In this document: piece after piece, positions 1 through 9,050 of the stretch
Position numbering within the stretch: the stretch's first letter is position 1
Layout of the letters: the number at the start of each line of letters is the position of its first letter
Source: Candidatus Bathyarchaeia archaeon
Lineage (GTDB): Archaea > Thermoproteota > Bathyarchaeia > Bathyarchaeales > Bathyarchaeaceae
DNA length: 64,000 bases
Reading direction: 5' to 3'
Assembly (NCBI GenBank): GCA_035283685.1
Contig: DATETJ010000008.1
Coordinates: 64,629-128,628, forward strand
The notes under the pieces: model-generated
Told to the model about the DNA's origin: nothing
Databases searched by the model: none
What the model saw: only the letters and a program-made list of their open reading frames with translations
Position numbers and translations under genes: made by a program

Positions 1-660
1 GGTGCTTGTAAGAGGATAGAACAGCAGGGTAACCGCGCCAAAAGACAGATTGATAAGGTCGAGTCGTTTCAGAGTTTTCAGTTCCTTATAGGCAGTGTAC
101 CGCATTTTGGTTCTCATGCGCGAAACCTGCGTGAGGCTGACTGAACGTCTGAAAGCGAGAACGGCAGACCACAAGCCTAAGCCGAGGCGGTAAGATATGT
201 CCCAGAGCAAGATGGCTGTCAGGGCAACTAGGATTGGGGAGAGGTTGCCGTCAAACCAGTAGACCATCAGTCTGCGTTCCAGAAAGAGGTACAGAGCGAG
301 ACTTAGCAGGATGACAAGGCCTAAGCTAAGTTCTCGGCGTGAGTCGAACAACGATCGTCTGTAGTTGTCGATTACGTCTCTTTCCAACTGTGCCGAAGGC
401 GCTTCCAATTTTCTAACGGTTGGACCCATGCGGATGGCTAATAGGCTCCAGATCCATACTGCCAGTATTGCCGAAGTGCCGAAAACCATTGACCTTAAAG
501 GAAGGGCGAAGAATGTGGCTACTGATATGCCAATTATTTCCATAAGCAGCAGTTGTATAGCGACGTTGTATCCTCGTGGAAACCATTTGAATGGAGGCAG
601 TCTCTCCAAGATTATTTCGAAAACCCATTTTTTTGGCTGCGTTGTACTGATGAGCTGCAT
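1..660 (-). CDS. hypothetical multi-pass membrane protein, 3' end cut by window edge
   Basis: Not in the ORF track because it runs off the edge. Hand translation of the minus strand from ATG at 660..658 gives 220 stop-free codons down to position 1 (MQLISTTQPKKWVFEIILERLPPFKW...GLVILLSLALYLFLERRLMVYWFDG...). It contains several hydrophobic helices. The overlapping plus-strand ORF 365..898 looks spurious. Confidence 0.5.
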   Translation of the reverse strand, partial: MQLISTTQPKKWVFEIILERLPPFKWFPRGYNVAIQLLLMEIIGISVATFFALPLRSMVFGTSAILAVWIWSLLAIRMGPTVRKLEAPSAQLERDVIDNYRRSLFDSRRELSLGLVILLSLALYLFLERRLMVYWFDGNLSPILVALTAILLWDISYRLGLGLWSAVLAFRRSVSLTQVSRMRTKMRYTAYKELKTLKRLDLINLSFGAVTLLFYPLTST

Positions 661-799
661 TGATTTTATTCTATATTTAGGACATCAAATATACTTTATC
701 TTCGTGCATGGAACTCAGGGTTTAGAAATTAATCTAACTATCGAAATAGATGGGATGCAGAGTCCCAGTCTAGCTGGACAACGGTCTGCGCATTTTTTC

Positions 800-1522
800 C
801 TACTTTTGCCATTCAACCAAGAGTTCGCAGTAGGGCTTGCCTCTTGCCATGCATGTCTGATGAGTTATCTTGAGGTCTTTGCTCAAGGTTTTGGTTAATC
901 CTTCATGGAAACTTTCGTGAAGAACGTCGCACATGATCTCGGGCGTTTTAACAGCCATTTCAAAGAATAGACAATTGTGCATCCGGTAGATGATTTTTTT
1001 GTCAGTTACTTCGACGATTTCTGGTTCTGCGCCCATTTTTTCAAGATAATCTTTGACGAAGAAATTTTCGAATATTTTAGGCGTCCAGTCTTTTACTTCG
1101 TATTCCATTTCCAATCGTTTTGCCGTGTTTTCTCCCATGTCAAGGCCGGCTTTTCTAAGGATTTTCTTGACCTGGTTTTCTCCAAGCGTGGATCGTAAAG
1201 TGCTTACCAGAAAGCTGTTAAGCATCATATAGCCTCGTCTTGGATAACTGACAAGCGGTGGTTCCTTTACTAGCTTGTAGTAGATTTTGGGTCTGCCAAC
1301 GGTTCCCGCTCTTTCCTCAATGGCTTCTACGAAGTCTGATTCCACTAGAGACTGTAGGTGATGTCTTACGGTGATTGGTTGGAGGCCGAGTTTTTCTGCT
1401 ATCTGATCCACGCTCAACGAGTCTCTATAGAGCAGTCGGAGTATGTCTAGGCGTGACCTGCTCGATAAGGCGCGGTAGGCTTCGGCTTCAATCAATTCCT
1501 GTTCGTTCCTCTTATTTTTCAC
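800..1522 (-). CDS. ArsR-family winged-HTH regulator with C-terminal V4R-like ligand-binding domain
   Basis: The N-terminus LSSRSRLDILRLLYRDSLSVDQIAEKLGLQPITVRHHLQSL is a typical ArsR/SmtB HTH. The C-terminal ~150 aa has conserved Cys residues (HNCLFFE, CMARGKPYCELLVEW) as in V4R domains. Confidence 0.75.
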   Translation of the reverse strand: MKNKRNEQELIEAEAYRALSSRSRLDILRLLYRDSLSVDQIAEKLGLQPITVRHHLQSLVESDFVEAIEERAGTVGRPKIYYKLVKEPPLVSYPRRGYMMLNSFLVSTLRSTLGENQVKKILRKAGLDMGENTAKRLEMEYEVKDWTPKIFENFFVKDYLEKMGAEPEIVEVTDKKIIYRMHNCLFFEMAVKTPEIMCDVLHESFHEGLTKTLSKDLKITHQTCMARGKPYCELLVEWQK

Positions 1523-1664
1523 GCAGTCAATATTTATTATTTTTATAGCGTTTCTAATAATATTTTGGTAATTATAGTATATACTTCAGCTTTTTTGCCG
1601 TGTGCCAGCTGGCGGATTCAGCTAGGAAAATCGATGAGCAGATTTGTTTGAATTATGGTTAAAT

Positions 1665-1700
1665 GGGAAATTGGTTTCCCGAAAAAGGAAAAATTTATAA
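1665..1700 (+). promoter_or_regulatory. candidate operator palindrome plus TATA box upstream of the Lrp/AsnC gene
   Basis: Palindrome GGGAAA-TTGG-TTTCCC lies at 1665-1680. TTTATAA lies at 1694-1700 in an AT-rich divergent intergenic region. A GGGAGG Shine-Dalgarno-like motif lies at about 1746-1751, before the ATG at 1764. Confidence 0.35.
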
Positions 1701-1763
1701 GATAATTTTAAGAAGTTTCACCTTAAATGATGAACTGGAAGAGTCGGGAGGTGTCTGATTCAA

Positions 1764-2210
1764 ATGCTGAAAATCGACGAAATAGATCAGCGAATTCTCA
1801 AGATACTTGAGGAAGACAGCAGAATTTCGTATAGGCAACTTGGGCAGAAACTGGGCATCGAAGAGTCAACCGCTCGCAAACGTGTGGTTAGGCTCAAGGA
1901 AAAAGAGGTCATTGAGCGCTTCACAATAGACGTCAACGAATCAACCTTGGGACGAACAATCACGGCTTTCATAACTGTTTACCCGAGTCTCAAACATGCC
2001 GATGAAATAATCACCAAGGTAGTTGATTTCGACGAAGTCATCGAATCCTACAATTTGAGTGGAAGATGCGGCGTGTTCTTGAAAGCCACTTTTGGAGATA
2101 TGAAAGGACTCAACGCTTTCATTGCAAAAATCCGGGGAATACCGGGAATTGTCGGCATACACACTTGCATTTCACTCGAGACGATAAAAAGACCGAGAGT
2201 AATTCCCTAG
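1764..2210 (+). CDS. Lrp/AsnC family transcriptional regulator
   Basis: The N-terminus LDEIDQRILKILEEDSRISYRQLGQKLGIEESTARKRVVRLKEKEVI is an AsnC-type HTH. It is followed by a RAM/AsnC_trans_reg-like domain, and the length of 148 aa is typical. Confidence 0.9.
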   Translation: MLKIDEIDQRILKILEEDSRISYRQLGQKLGIEESTARKRVVRLKEKEVIERFTIDVNESTLGRTITAFITVYPSLKHADEIITKVVDFDEVIESYNLSGRCGVFLKATFGDMKGLNAFIAKIRGIPGIVGIHTCISLETIKRPRVIP

Positions 2211-2243
2211 CAGAGTTCAGTGGTTCTTCGTTACGAAATTCCT

Positions 2244-3521
2244 TCAGCTCACTGTATTCTTGATTCTCTGGATATCATGCTTTGGTTGAAGCGACTCGTA
2301 AATACGCAGTGTCTGTTCAGCCGCTTTTCTCCACGTGAAATACTGCAGCACTCTTTTGCGGCCGTTTTCGCCCCACTGCTTGGCGCGGGCGGGATCCTTC
2401 AACACTTCCTTGAGCCCCCATGCAATGTCTGCGGGGTCATTTCCGTTTACATGCAAGCCATTTTGGTCAGGTCCGCCTGACACAACTTGCTCTTTGAAGC
2501 CTACGACACCGTTGGCGCCGACTACGACTGGTTTAGCTAGGGACATGGCTTCAAGGCTGACTATGCCGAAGGGTTCGTATGTTGAAGGAAAAATGCATGC
2601 GTCAGCAGCTGCGTAACACGTTATTCTTTCTGGTTCAGGGACGAACTCAAAGCGGCAGACTACGTTTTTTTCCACGCCGAGTCGCTGCGAAAGCTCAATA
2701 ACGTCTTTCTGCTCTTCACCCTTGCCTAGAATAACCAACTTCGTTTTTGGGTTATCCTTCACGACTGAGGGCAGGGCCTGCACCAAGTTTCTGACGCCTT
2801 TAACCCATGTTAACCTGCCTATGAAGAGTATCATGTTGTCATCTTTAGCCACGCCGAGGCGCTGTCTCACTTTCTCGATCTCTTCAGGCTCCACGGTGGA
2901 CGGGTCGTATTTGTCTGGGTCAACGCCGTTCCAGACGGCGCTGATTTTTGATGCTTGCCAGCCGTGGCGCACGAGGTCTTCTCGCATGACTTCGCTTACG
3001 GTGATGATGTGGTCGGCTCTTTCAGCCATCTGGTTTTCTAGGTGTGTGACTACTTCTGATCCTACGTCGCCGCTTCTTCCCCGTTCAGTGCTGTGAACGT
3101 GAAAGACCACTGGAAGCTTGGTTTCGTTTTTGATGATGTTGCCTGCAATGCTGCTCAACCAGTCGTGCACGCAGACCACATCGAATTTGTACTCTTCTTT
3201 TCCAATAAGCCCGTTGATGAATTTGGTTGAGCTGAGAATGTTGTACAGGAAAATATCGTTGAAGAACTTGATGTTTGTGCCCCATCTGCGCAGGTCTTCG
3301 GTGACAAAAACTGGAAACACGTTGCTAGCATCAGCGGTTAATGGGCGATGCACTTCGACACCTTTGTATACTTCTCGCGTGGTGAGGTTGCCCGGATTAA
3401 GTGTGAAAACCGTGACGTCGTGTCCAAGCTCAATGTATTCTCTCGTGATATATTCGGCGTACGTGCCCAACCCGCCTACTATGATAGGCGGAAACTCCCA
3501 TACGAAGAATCCGATGCGCAA
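2244..3521 (-). CDS. GT-B glycosyltransferase (GT4/GT5, archaeal glycogen-synthase-like)
   Basis: MRIGFFVWEFPPIIVGGLGTYA, HDW, FIGRLTWVKG and PSTYEPFGIVSLEAM match motifs of group-1 glycosyltransferases and archaeal glycogen synthases. Confidence 0.85.
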   Translation of the reverse strand: MRIGFFVWEFPPIIVGGLGTYAEYITREYIELGHDVTVFTLNPGNLTTREVYKGVEVHRPLTADASNVFPVFVTEDLRRWGTNIKFFNDIFLYNILSSTKFINGLIGKEEYKFDVVCVHDWLSSIAGNIIKNETKLPVVFHVHSTERGRSGDVGSEVVTHLENQMAERADHIITVSEVMREDLVRHGWQASKISAVWNGVDPDKYDPSTVEPEEIEKVRQRLGVAKDDNMILFIGRLTWVKGVRNLVQALPSVVKDNPKTKLVILGKGEEQKDVIELSQRLGVEKNVVCRFEFVPEPERITCYAAADACIFPSTYEPFGIVSLEAMSLAKPVVVGANGVVGFKEQVVSGGPDQNGLHVNGNDPADIAWGLKEVLKDPARAKQWGENGRKRVLQYFTWRKAAEQTLRIYESLQPKHDIQRIKNTVS

Positions 3522-3744
3522 GCAGACACCAATTTGTCATTGAACTCCAATGCAATTTAACTATTGTGAATCTTGACTCTTGGGGGATGGACGACGTATG
3601 GAAGTATTTGCCTTGCGAGAGTAGATAATGAAGTCTAGATGCGCAGGGTATCCATTCGACAACATCATGCCCAGCGGTTGCTCTTTTTGTTCAGCAATTC
3701 TTATTTCAATTCGGCTTTGATATAATCGTCGGAGCGCCAGCAGC

Positions 3745-5025
3745 TTGAAGTTGATCTACGTGGTTATTGACGGTTTAGGTGACTTGCCAATTCCCGAATT
3801 GAGAAACGAAACACCCCTTGGTGTTGCTGACACGCCGAATTTGGACCGCCTTGCTTGGAATGGAAAAACAGGGTTGATGTATACGGTTGGCAGGGGCGTA
3901 GCTCCCGAGAGTGACGTCGGCGTGATCTCAATTTTGGGCTACGACCCGTTCAAGTTTTCAACTGGCAGAGGCGTTCTGGAGGCGATAGGCGCAGGTTTAT
4001 CCATGAAGGATGGCGACTTGGCTTTGCGCTGCAACTTCGCCACGCTTGGACGCAATAAGAGGATAGTTGACCGTCGGGCTGGCAGAAACTTGACGTCGAA
4101 AGAGGCGCTTGCGCTAAGCGAAGCAGTCAACAGCAAGGTGAAATTGAAGTCTTACCCAGCCGCTTTTGAGTTCAAGAGCACAGTTGGGCATCGAGCGGTG
4201 TTGGTGATGAAACGAAGGGGAAGACCGCTTTCGAGCAAGATTGCGAACACCGACCCTGCTTACGTTCGAGTTGAAGGACTGGGTGTCGCTGCACCAGACG
4301 CTGAGATGATTCTGAAGAAATGTAAACCCACAGATAAAGACGAGGAAGCCAATGCCGCGGCAACGTTAATCAACGAATTCACGGAAAAATCTCATAGAGT
4401 CTTGGAAAGTCATCGAATCAATAAAAGGCGTGCTGCAGAAGGCAAATTGAAGGCGAATCTGATATTGACCCGTGACGCAGGACACATCTTGCCAAATTTT
4501 TTCAACATTAACCAGCGCTTCCGGGTGCGCTTCGCCTGTTTGGCAGATATGCCAGTGGAAAGAGGCATCGCTGAGCTCGCGGGCATGCGTATGGTTGATT
4601 TGCCACCGCCCTCGAAAGACCTTAAGGAGGACAGCCTCATCCGAGTCAAAACGCTGCTTGAGATTCTACCTCGATACGACTGTTTCTACATTCACATCAA
4701 GGGACCGGACGAGCCGGGGCACGATGGCAACTTCAAACTTAAGATTCGACTCATAGAAACGATTGACAAGTATTTCTTTGGGAGACTTCTGCCTAGAATT
4801 GACTTGGGAAAACATGTCGTGTGCGTAACATCTGACCATGCTACACCCTGCAGGTTGAAGAATCACAGTGATGATCCGGTTCCAGTGTTGATTGCAGGAG
4901 ACAGAGTCAAAGGTGACGAAGCAACAAAGTTCTCAGAAAAAGAGTGCAAGAAGGGAAGTCTAGGGTTGATTAAACATGGAACCCAACTTATGCCAATGCT
5001 AATGCATTTGCTGAAATCACGTTAA
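3745..5025 (+). CDS. apgM: 2,3-bisphosphoglycerate-independent phosphoglycerate mutase, archaeal type
   Basis: IYVVIDGLGDLPIPEL...TPLGVADTPNLDRLA and the C-terminal TSDHATP are characteristic of the ApgM/metalloenzyme superfamily. The length is 426 aa and the start is TTG. Confidence 0.9.
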   Translation: MKLIYVVIDGLGDLPIPELRNETPLGVADTPNLDRLAWNGKTGLMYTVGRGVAPESDVGVISILGYDPFKFSTGRGVLEAIGAGLSMKDGDLALRCNFATLGRNKRIVDRRAGRNLTSKEALALSEAVNSKVKLKSYPAAFEFKSTVGHRAVLVMKRRGRPLSSKIANTDPAYVRVEGLGVAAPDAEMILKKCKPTDKDEEANAAATLINEFTEKSHRVLESHRINKRRAAEGKLKANLILTRDAGHILPNFFNINQRFRVRFACLADMPVERGIAELAGMRMVDLPPPSKDLKEDSLIRVKTLLEILPRYDCFYIHIKGPDEPGHDGNFKLKIRLIETIDKYFFGRLLPRIDLGKHVVCVTSDHATPCRLKNHSDDPVPVLIAGDRVKGDEATKFSEKECKKGSLGLIKHGTQLMPMLMHLLKSR

Positions 5026-5099
5026 TCGTTTTCTGAAAAGACTTAAAGCTGTGCTGATCTTTTATGTGTTCAGTTTGTTTGAAGGAGACTTGATTTGTT

Positions 5100-5516
5100 T
5101 TGGCTGGATTGATTATGGTTCGAGATGTAATGACTAAAGAGCCGCGGGTCGTCAGACGAGACACAAGCGTTCAAGAAGTAGTCGCAACGATGAACAAGTT
5201 TGACATCAGCAGCATCATTGTGGTCGAAGAAAAACGTCCGATCGGCATTGTCACACATAAAGACATAATCTCGAAGCTGGTTCAAGCTCGAATTCCACCT
5301 GACGCTGTCACCGCTAGAGAGGTGATGACAACACCTGTTGTGGCGATTAATGAGGACATCAGCATAGATGAAGCCGCCCGTTTAATGGCTAAGAAGCGCA
5401 TTAAGAAGCTAATTGTGACCCGAAACAACGAACTCGTAGGCATCATAACCAGTAGCGATCTGATGCGTGAAGCGCCGAAACTCACTAAGCTATTGGACGA
5501 ACTGCTGAAAAAATGA
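5100..5516 (+). CDS. CBS domain pair protein
   Basis: Two CBS repeats are present (VRDVMTKEPRVV...IGIVTHKDI and AREVMTTPVVAI...VGIITSSDL). The ATG at 5115 is a likelier start than the TTG at 5100. Confidence 0.85.
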   Translation: MAGLIMVRDVMTKEPRVVRRDTSVQEVVATMNKFDISSIIVVEEKRPIGIVTHKDIISKLVQARIPPDAVTAREVMTTPVVAINEDISIDEAARLMAKKRIKKLIVTRNNELVGIITSSDLMREAPKLTKLLDELLKK

Positions 5517-5569
5517 GTCTAGCGTGACCGAGTGCAAGCACGATGGCATACGCCTGAGTTGCGTAATCT

Positions 5570-6145
5570 GTGAAAAAGACCCAAGAATTGCAGATAACTA
5601 ATAGAAACGATTGGCGCAGAGGGCTTAAGACCAATCACCGCATCTATAAAGAGGTTTGGCTAGTTTTCTACAAGAGACACACTGGCAAGCCCAGCATGTC
5701 TTATGATGATGCGGTTGAAGAAGCCTTATGTTTCGGCTGGATTGACAGCATCGTCAAAAAGATAAACGACGAGAAATTTGCTCGAAAATTCACGCCTCGT
5801 AAGCCTAGCAGCAAATGGTCAGAGCTGAACAAGAGAAGAGCTGAGAAAATGATAGCTGAAGGAAGGATGGCAGAGGCTGGGCTAGCGCTGGTCAATCAAG
5901 CAAAGGATAGTGGGGAATGGCTCAAAAAGCAGCAAATCGAGAACAATCTTGTGCTTCCCGAATACATTAAGAATGCATTGAAATCAAATGGGAAAGCGCG
6001 GAGCAACTTCAATACGCTGGCACCGTCGTACAAGAAACAGTATGTTAGATGGGTTGACAGCGCTAAGAAGGAGGAGACACGCAAGCGACGCCTTGCAGAG
6101 CTTGTCGAAGTTCTTGAGAAAAATGAGAAGCTCGGGTTGAAGTAG
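5570..6145 (+). CDS. YdeI/OmpD-associated family protein
   Basis: VWLVFYKRHTGKPSMSYDDAVEEALCFGWIDSIVKKINDEKFARKFTPRKPSSKWSELNKRRAEKM is the typical YdeI-family core. The start is GTG. Confidence 0.7.
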   Translation: MKKTQELQITNRNDWRRGLKTNHRIYKEVWLVFYKRHTGKPSMSYDDAVEEALCFGWIDSIVKKINDEKFARKFTPRKPSSKWSELNKRRAEKMIAEGRMAEAGLALVNQAKDSGEWLKKQQIENNLVLPEYIKNALKSNGKARSNFNTLAPSYKKQYVRWVDSAKKEETRKRRLAELVEVLEKNEKLGLK

Positions 6146-6274
6146 AAGCTGCGGTTCACGCAGGTTCATGAGCCGAGGCAAAAAGAGGAAACAGAAGCCT
6201 ACAGCTGTTGAAGAAATAAGTATATAGCAAGTGCCCTCAATTTATGACCCAAGGCACAGAAGCCCAGAGGAATC

Positions 6275-7039
6275 ATGATGAAGAAGAGGATACAGCCTCA
6301 CATAATGTGCGGAGTTGGAGACGTTGAGAAGTATGTTTTGCTTCCGGGAGATCCTAAGAGAGTGGAGAAAATCGCCACGTTTTTCGATGAGGCACACAAA
6401 GTTGCAGATTACCGAGGTTTTGTGACGTACTCAGGGAAAGTGGATGGAATAGGAATCTCGGCTTGTTCAACTGGAATCGGATGTCCGTCTGCAGCCATCG
6501 TGGTTGAGGAACTAACCAAAATAGGCGCCGAGACTTTGATTAGAGTTGGCACCACAGGCTCTCTTCAGCAAAACATAAACATGGGAGACATTGTCATCGC
6601 AACCGCGGCTGTACGCGCTGATGGTGCCAGCAAAGCGTTTATGCCGGTTGAGTACCCGGCGGTGGCGAGTTTTGATGTAACTTCAGCTTTGATTCAGGCA
6701 GCTGGGAAATTCAGGAGAAAGGTTCATGCGGGCATTGTCTTGAGTTCAGATGCTTTCTACTGTGACGACTCGGAAGCTACAAAGCAGTTTGTTGTTGGAA
6801 ACGTGTTGTCGGTTGAGATGGAGTCCTCAGTTATTTTCACACTGACAGGGATGAAGCGACTGAAGTCTGGGTCCATTCTGGCAGTGGACTGCAACATCTC
6901 AAAAGGGATTAAGAAAGGCGAGTTTGAGCCCGGGCAAAAGTGCGGAGAACATGATGATCGGGTTCAGAAAGCCATTGAAGACGAAATCAAAATCACCATT
7001 GAAGCTGTAAAACTGCTTGACCGTCATCCTTTAACGTAA
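6275..7039 (+). CDS. nucleoside phosphorylase (PNP/UDP family 1, uridine-phosphorylase-like)
   Basis: VLLPGDPKRVEKIA...STGIGCPSAAIVVEEL...IRVGTTGSL and the later VEMES are PNP_UDP_1 family motifs. It sits next to a nucleoside-type ABC importer. Confidence 0.8.
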   Translation: MMKKRIQPHIMCGVGDVEKYVLLPGDPKRVEKIATFFDEAHKVADYRGFVTYSGKVDGIGISACSTGIGCPSAAIVVEELTKIGAETLIRVGTTGSLQQNINMGDIVIATAAVRADGASKAFMPVEYPAVASFDVTSALIQAAGKFRRKVHAGIVLSSDAFYCDDSEATKQFVVGNVLSVEMESSVIFTLTGMKRLKSGSILAVDCNISKGIKKGEFEPGQKCGEHDDRVQKAIEDEIKITIEAVKLLDRHPLT

Positions 7040-7950
7040 GGTTTGTAGTTGCTCGGTGGAACTGCTTTCCCAACTATGCCAGCTAGGACAGCTACGGTAA
7101 GTATGTATGGTATGGTCAGGATGATTTGTGGTGGAAGCAAGCCCAGAGCCTGAAGCCTCATCTGTAACGCGTCTGCAAAACCGAACATGACACTGGCTCC
7201 AAAAGCGCCGAAAGGCATCCACTTTCCGAAGATCATGGCTGCCAACGCTATGAAGCCTCGTCCGCCAGTCATTCCCCACGCAAAAAGACTCAGGTGACCT
7301 AATGACAGAAATGCTCCGCCTAGTCCAGCCAACATTCCGCTTATTATGAGGCAAAGGTATTTTGTTTTGTAGACGTTTATTCCAGCTGTGTCTGCGGCGT
7401 CAGGGCGCTCTCCAACCGCTCTTATCCTCAACCCTAATGGAGTTTTGAACAAGACAATGTAGGAGACAACGGTTATGATGAGCAATAAGTAGACTAGGGG
7501 CGTGTGGACTCCGAGTATGGCTCCGATGACAGGCACGTCTTTCAAAAGCGGAATAGATATCACTGGTAGCCCTTGCACGCTATCTGATGCGCCTCTTGAG
7601 CCCCATATGATCTGACTCATGTAAGCGGTGAATCCCAACGCAAAGATGTTTATTCCCGTGCCACTCACGATCTGGTCGCCTGCGAATTTCACGGTTATAA
7701 CTCCATGAAGAAGCCCTAGTAGGCCGCCGGCTAGTATGGCTGCGAGGACTCCGAGCCAAGGGCTACCTAAGAAGTGGCTTACGGCGACGCCTGTGAAGGC
7801 TCCTGTTAGCATCATGCCTTCTAATCCTATGTTGACGACGCCTGCTCTTTCGGAGAATATGCCGCCGAGTGCTCCGTAGGCTATGGGAGTTGCCATTCTG
7901 AGTGTTGCGGCAAACAATCCCACGTTGATTAGGTCTATGAGCTCAACCAT
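7024..7950 (-). CDS. ABC transporter permease (BMP/nucleoside uptake type)
   Basis: This is a polytopic membrane protein of 308 aa. It lies in an operon with a second permease, a duplicated ATPase and a BMP-family binding protein. Confidence 0.85.
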   Translation of the reverse strand: MVELIDLINVGLFAATLRMATPIAYGALGGIFSERAGVVNIGLEGMMLTGAFTGVAVSHFLGSPWLGVLAAILAGGLLGLLHGVITVKFAGDQIVSGTGINIFALGFTAYMSQIIWGSRGASDSVQGLPVISIPLLKDVPVIGAILGVHTPLVYLLLIITVVSYIVLFKTPLGLRIRAVGERPDAADTAGINVYKTKYLCLIISGMLAGLGGAFLSLGHLSLFAWGMTGGRGFIALAAMIFGKWMPFGAFGASVMFGFADALQMRLQALGLLPPQIILTIPYILTVAVLAGIVGKAVPPSNYKPYVKG

Positions 7951-9050
7951 TTTACTCCGCCTCTTTTCAGAAGGTATTTTATCAGCATTGGCGCGGCTAC
8001 GAATAGGATGACTAACGCTTGAAGAATGGATACAATGTCAAGAGGAACATGCATTGTTCGGGTCATTGTCATGCCGCCGCTTCTTAATGCTCCAAACAGC
8101 ACTGATGCGAGTACGATGCCAGCTGGGTTAAGGCCGCCGACTAGAGCCACAGCTAACCCGTCCCAGCCGTAGCCGGGAGAGAAGCCTTCTATGAATCGTT
8201 TGTGAACGCCCAGCACTTCGCCTGCCCCGCCAAGTCCAGCCATTGCCCCGCTTACGATCAATGCCAGAATGATGCCTTTCTTTATCCGAATGCCGCCGCT
8301 TTCGGCGGCGCTCGGGTTTAGCCCTATTGCCCTCACTTCATAGCCAATTGTGGTCCGGCAAAGCGTGTAATGTGTTGCCCCAGCCAACAGCACAGCTAAG
8401 ACAATTGAGAGAGAAAGCTGAGTTGGCGGAAGAATTCGCGGGAGCTCAGCAGATGGTGAAATTAGTATGGTTTGAGCCACCCACCCGGGCGCTTTGAACG
8501 GGTAGTTAACCATGTAACCAGTTATGTACAAGGCCACGTAGCTTAGCATCATTGTTGTGATAACCTCGTGTGCTCCAAGCCTTGCTTTCAGGACGGCTGG
8601 GACGAAGCCCCACATTGCACCGCCTAGTGCTCCTGCAATCAATGCTAAGGGTATGTGAATGAAGAAAGGCAGTCCGTTGAAGGATATACCGATTAGTGCT
8701 GCGAAAAAGGCTCCAACTAGAAATTGGCCTTCAGCTCCTATGTTAAAGAGGCCGCATTTATACGCAAAGAGGAATGCCAGCGCAGTGAAGATAATTGGCG
8801 TCGCCTGTGTGAACGTTTGTCCGATTCCGAAGGTGTCGCCGAATGCGCCTACTAACATTGCTGCATATGCTTCGAGAGGATTGTACCCTGTCAACAGCAG
8901 AGTGATCGCCCCAACCACAAACGCCAATAGGATAGCAATCATCTGGGGCAGTAGCTTGGGCACATTCGCCCTCAACTCAGTCAGTAGTCTCTGAAATAGT
9001 CTTCTCGCCTGCAGATTCAGCTTGTTCTTCCGATCAGTCAGGCTTGCCAC
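7935..9050 (-). CDS. ABC transporter permease (BMP/nucleoside uptake type)
   Basis: This is a polytopic membrane protein of 371 aa. It overlaps both neighbouring genes, which suggests translational coupling. Confidence 0.85.
   Translation of the reverse strand: MASLTDRKNKLNLQARRLFQRLLTELRANVPKLLPQMIAILLAFVVGAITLLLTGYNPLEAYAAMLVGAFGDTFGIGQTFTQATPIIFTALAFLFAYKCGLFNIGAEGQFLVGAFFAALIGISFNGLPFFIHIPLALIAGALGGAMWGFVPAVLKARLGAHEVITTMMLSYVALYITGYMVNYPFKAPGWVAQTILISPSAELPRILPPTQLSLSIVLAVLLAGATHYTLCRTTIGYEVRAIGLNPSAAESGGIRIKKGIILALIVSGAMAGLGGAGEVLGVHKRFIEGFSPGYGWDGLAVALVGGLNPAGIVLASVLFGALRSGGMTMTRTMHVPLDIVSILQALVILFVAAPMLIKYLLKRGGVKWLSS

Noticed and set aside
365-898. Plus-strand ORF of 177 aa from the track
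   Set aside because: It overlaps a longer, stop-free minus-strand frame (1-660) that encodes a plausible membrane protein, and also overlaps the 3' end of the ArsR/V4R gene. Its sequence is low-complexity with no motif, so it is likely spurious.
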